A stretch of 64,000 bases of DNA, taken from Amphiscolops sp. MND2022 (taxonomy: Eukaryota). The notes beneath the pieces are model-generated. The model ran no database searches and was not told where the DNA came from. It saw only the letters and a program-made list of their open reading frames with translations. The stretch spans positions 91,576,001 to 91,640,000 of the forward strand of contig OZ076409.1 of assembly GCA_964187785.1 (NCBI GenBank), written 5' to 3'. Positions 59,524-64,000 of the stretch are shown piece by piece. Position 1 is the first letter of the stretch. Each line of letters starts with the position of its first letter. Made by a program: the position numbers and the translations under genes.

Positions 59524-62500
59524 TTCAACTCGGCAGGAATGAATATTAACTATTACGATGTAACTTAGCCAATTAGATCGATTATATCTCATAACGATTC
59601 TGCCCATGTCTCCTAGATGCTTGATTCAAAGACCACGCTGTAATCATCCCTACACATCACCATGTATTATTGAAAATTCAATAGACAAATATAAAATTTT
59701 AATGTATATCTAGTGCTAAATTTCCGTCAAGCAGACAAAGCCTTTGAACGTTTTGAGCAAGGATGTTTCTAGCGTGTTTCAAAGTTTCAGTGTAGGCATG
59801 TGTTGAATTGTTTCATTACCATTGACCAAGTAGGCAATGTTCAAAGGCTTGTTGAAGACTTCCTGGCGAAGGCTGTAGAGCCCGGTTGAGTTGAAAACTG
59901 TAACCCAATGATAAAATTGTACGATGATTGATTATCCCTCAATTCAAATACCAAAACCTTTCCATGCAAATATTTATCAAAACCGCTCATCAACCCCTGA
60001 CATTCTGTGTCCCAAGTTAAAGCCAATTCAGATTTATGCTTACAAATAAAAGACTGCTTTTGTAGACGAGCTTTCACATAGCTGATTGTCGGTCTATTTA
60101 TATATTCTGTGGAATATTTTGAATACATGAAATTTTCCATGGACGACATGTTTCATTTTAGCGTTAACTTTTCACGTGTTATTTTTGCCGATGTACCTTG
60201 CTATGAGTTGCTATCTAGTATCAGTTGAACGTTCGCCCAACATAATTGGTTGTATGCAGTTGATATGATTGTGAACGAAACTTGAAGTTTCGACTTCATG
60301 GTGGTAATTTGCGATCTTCTGTAGGTATGTTTCAAACAGATACAGCGGCCAAATTATGTGATATAAATAATGAATAAGATGTCGCTCCAAAGTGCCATTC
60401 ATTCAAATCTGGGGCATTACCGGGGGGTCGTGATGAGATCATCGAGTAGTCATCTGCCAAGACCTGATTCGAAGTTGCGATTTGGGCTTCCACTCGCTGT
60501 CCAGTGCTATGGTATAACCGCAATATCTCATGCTGTTTAATCAGAATGTGATCACATGCAATTAGGTTGGGCACATGCACCAATGTTTGGAGACCAAAAA
60601 GTCATAATGGGCGTCTCTAGTTATAAATAATAATTCATGTCAACAGTCTGATTTGCTGGGTTTGTTAGTAAGGCACCAGCACCAGGTATTTAAGTGGTCT
60701 CGGGGATTGTTTGGTCAATATTTGCAAACTTGTCTCATATTCGCTTTTTTTAGACGAACTGCCCCAAATTTAGAAATGATTCGATGTGTTAAATAAATTA
60801 TGCGCATTAGTTGAATTTTATTGTTGAATTTTGAACTGAACTTGTAGCCGACAGCAATTATCCTTATTCTTCTACAAGTGTTTAGTACCATTCTGATGTA
60901 AATGCAAGACATTTATGTGAAATACAGTACATTGCCTGCAGACGTCTTTAGTAATAGATTTGTCTATCTTACTCATGATAACTGAGTTATGAATTGAATT
61001 TTTCAAATTACACTCCTATGTTCTCCATCTGCCTAACTCACCATGAAAATAGACTTTAAAAAAATACTGAGTTTTACTGAGGTGCATTCAGTTTTACTGA
61101 GGTTTTAGTTTACAGAGTTTTCCTTTTAATCATTTATAAAAACTGAATGTTAAGCATGTGCTTTTGGTGACTTTTTTACACGACCATGTTTTTACTTGAA
61201 AGCACATCTCATTAGTAATCCAACATGGAAACTTGTCTCCGTCAGAATAACCGAATTATGGAGCAAGATTTTTACGATTTGGAAAAATTTTCGACTACTT
61301 ATGCAATCGTACCTTTTCTCGCGACCTTCCAATCAAAATTTCTCAAATTGTCCATGCGATCTGTATTAAATTTAGCACAGTCATTCTACACCCAAAGGTG
61401 CTCCTGCGTGCGCGATGGCATCAAAATAGTATGACTGGGATCTGAGAAAGATAGTCAAATTAGTCCAAAAATAGGACAATGAAGTAGTAATTTGTTTTTC
61501 AATATTTTAATCCGTTTCCGACTCCTTTACCGCATATGCGGCTCTGATTACATTTTGTCATGCAGAAGCTCCAACTTTAGTTGCATTCAAATAAACATGC
61601 CAATTTTACAATTTCGAACTAGCAATTTCTTTTCTCGGGAGGTTCAATAAAATTGAGAAACGATGACCTATTTTATAAATCATCCTCCTCTTGCCGATGT
61701 TTTCACAATTTGTTTTTTATGGGAACGTTAATTTTTTTGAGGTAAAGTGGAATCCGCTCGATTCGTATCGCTAGGGACCGAATAAAATCGACCGTTTGAA
61801 TAAGGAGACATAAGAATTGATAGAACGATAATACATGCCTTCACGCGATGTGGGGTCTCTGTTACATCCGAATTAAACGGAATTTATTGTACCAAATTTA
61901 ATATTTGCATCGCTAACTGACACGGAAGAATTCTTGAAATGTGTTTATGACGAGGTCTATTATGATACATTAGTCATTGTAGTAATCGAATAGCTGTATT
62001 TAATTACATTTCGATCTACTGCCGATGTAGGCTTTCGATTGTAGATTGTTCATGCGTGATCAAGGCATGAGGTACTTTGAAGAGTCTTAACTGTAGTCTT
62101 GATTTCATTCACATGAATGTTCAAATGAACTCTTAATGCAACAATGTGACTTCATGAAATTCAAAGCTATTGAATTGCTTCAAAATGTTTCTCAAGAGGA
62201 TGTCTTGATGTCTCGTCGTAATCGAGACGTGTTGTTCGAATTTAACCAATTTTGGAACGCTATAAAATCGGAGAGTTCGAACAGTCCCGATGGGTTTGAT
62301 CGTATTAATTGGCGTGTCTGATTGGCAGTGAAGGTTTGACGGAAGTATAATAGGGGCGGCACATCATTCAGGAATAGGTGCGGGGGGGGGGGGGGCATTA
62401 CCAAATGACATATAGTCGATTATCTGACTTGAGAAAGGTACGATTACAAGACAAGTGAAACGGTTTTTTATCATCGAAGCGAAACTATCTGCTTGAACAA

Positions 62501-62670
62501 CGTTCATAACTTGAATTTTGTGCGTAACTGACGAAGACATTTGGAATTCTTGGGCGAATCAAGAATATGAAAGTCAAATATGACAAGTTATTTCTTGGCT
62601 TTTTCAATGCTCCGGAACACGTTGATTCTTTTTCGAACCCAATGAAACGTTTGCTTCAGCATGAAAAACA

Positions 62671-62748
62671 TTTGTTAAAAAACTTCAAATCATTCTGCTT
62701 TCGAAGACTTTGTTAAAAAAACTTCGAATCAGTCTGCTTTCGAAGACT
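62671..62748. repeat. Short tandem duplication (about 38 bp, 2 copies)
   Basis: tttgttaaaaaacttc(a/g)aatca(t/g)tctgctttcgaagac occurs twice. Confidence 0.8.
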
Positions 62749-64000
62749 GGTTTTTTATGCTTCTTCAGTTCTTAACTAATGAATAAAATGGTCATGAAAA
62801 CTTGAATGTCGCAGTTAACCAATATGATGCGACTATTCCGAGTTGATCCTAACAGTTTAATGATTTAACTTGGTCTACTTTCACACAGAACACGAGGAAG
62901 CGGCTTGCTTACTTTCACACAGACAAATATCCCTTCATTTCCTCACTGATATAAATCATCCACTAATATGAATCGCATGTTCCTTGCAACGCTTTCACCG
63001 TGTGTTGGCGCTCTGACTTCAAAAGCTACTAAGTTTATTCAAAAGTCAAAATATGGGCTAAACCATGCATCAAAATTAAGTAACGTAACTAACAAAACTT
63101 AGATGAAATTGATTTAAGTTACTGATTGTATGACACTGCCTTCCCCTTTCGGTCCGTTTTCGTCAAAAGGTCAGTTCTCGTCGAAAGCACCCTTAAAAAC
63201 AAAATTAGCGCGTCGTTTTTTGTTTCCAAAACTATATTTGTGATCGCGTTTAAAATTTGGCATTTTCACTTGAAGGAATTTTTCATTTCTACATCCGAGA
63301 CCATTTTTTCTTGCCCCAAAACGTCCAATTTCAAACCCATATTTTTCCTACCCTACTAATCTTTTTTTTAAACCGACATGAATATCCACTTTTTTGTGCG
63401 GAAGGCTTGACATTTCTTCATACGCCTGTTCTCACCTATTGAACTAGTAGAAAATTACGTTGAACAACAGAAAAGTATGTCCCCGTCCTAGTACTAAGCT
63501 GTTCAAACTACGCTTTAATCTAGTGAAAATGGCTATCATTATAGCGAAAAAAAGTTGAGCATTTAACTGAGTTCTGCCTTTTTCCAACGACCTAACTGGA
63601 AACTAAGTTTCCCAATGTTAGAATGACAAGAGGAGCAGTGGCACTACAATGTTTTCCGTATACTGTTTACAATAGTAAATTTTCGACGGTGATCTTTCAA
63701 GACCAAAAAAGGACTTTCTAAACAGGAAATATTACAAAAAAAACAGGAGATATTGCCTAAACTTTTGTTCGTAAAAAATTGCACAGTGCCGAAAAAAAAA
63801 CATGTTACCGTTTGGGCATTTATGGACGCACTTTGTTTGCCAGATGACTCGCGCTGTTACTCCAAGTCTTCAGCCCCAATGTATTTCATTCTCGTTGCAG
63901 CGAGGCAGCGCTTTCATTGATAAGAACGAATGGTAATTTTACGTACACCGAGAGCTTCGCCTGCATTGAAATACGAAAGCCAAGATAGTTTTTCCTTTAT

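Noticed and set aside
59841..62404. Short minus-strand ORFs downstream of dynamin, possibly host exons
   Set aside because: No recognisable domain or consistent splice structure by eye.

Overview
AT-rich, repeat-dense animal (metazoan) genomic DNA with one 200-N scaffold gap. 1-8036 is the right arm of a Polinton/Maverick (adintovirus-like) element: integrase C-terminus, double-jelly-roll capsid, small ORFs, protein-primed PolB and an ACTACT terminus that can fold into a hairpin. 9345-10928 is a solo LTR with a 5-bp TSD. 12.2-29.6 kb holds SINE-like repeats, a decayed Gypsy remnant and a hAT MITE. 29623-45679 is a 16-kb Gypsy-type LTR retrotransposon on the minus strand with an unusual 'complex' layout. 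Its gag starts about 550 nt inside the LTR, an extra ORF crosses the PPT into U3, and a 4-intron antisense gene encodes a BED-finger, hAT-transposase-like protein. The solo LTR belongs to a related family and conserves both LTR-encoded peptides. Next come a decayed L2-like LINE (with a MITE insertion and a tandem duplication), a non-autonomous hAT element, an apparently intact CR1-like LINE and an intronless classical dynamin gene. In both LINEs ORF1 and ORF2 are in frame and separated by a single TGA-C. All family assignments come from motif recognition by eye; no searches were run.
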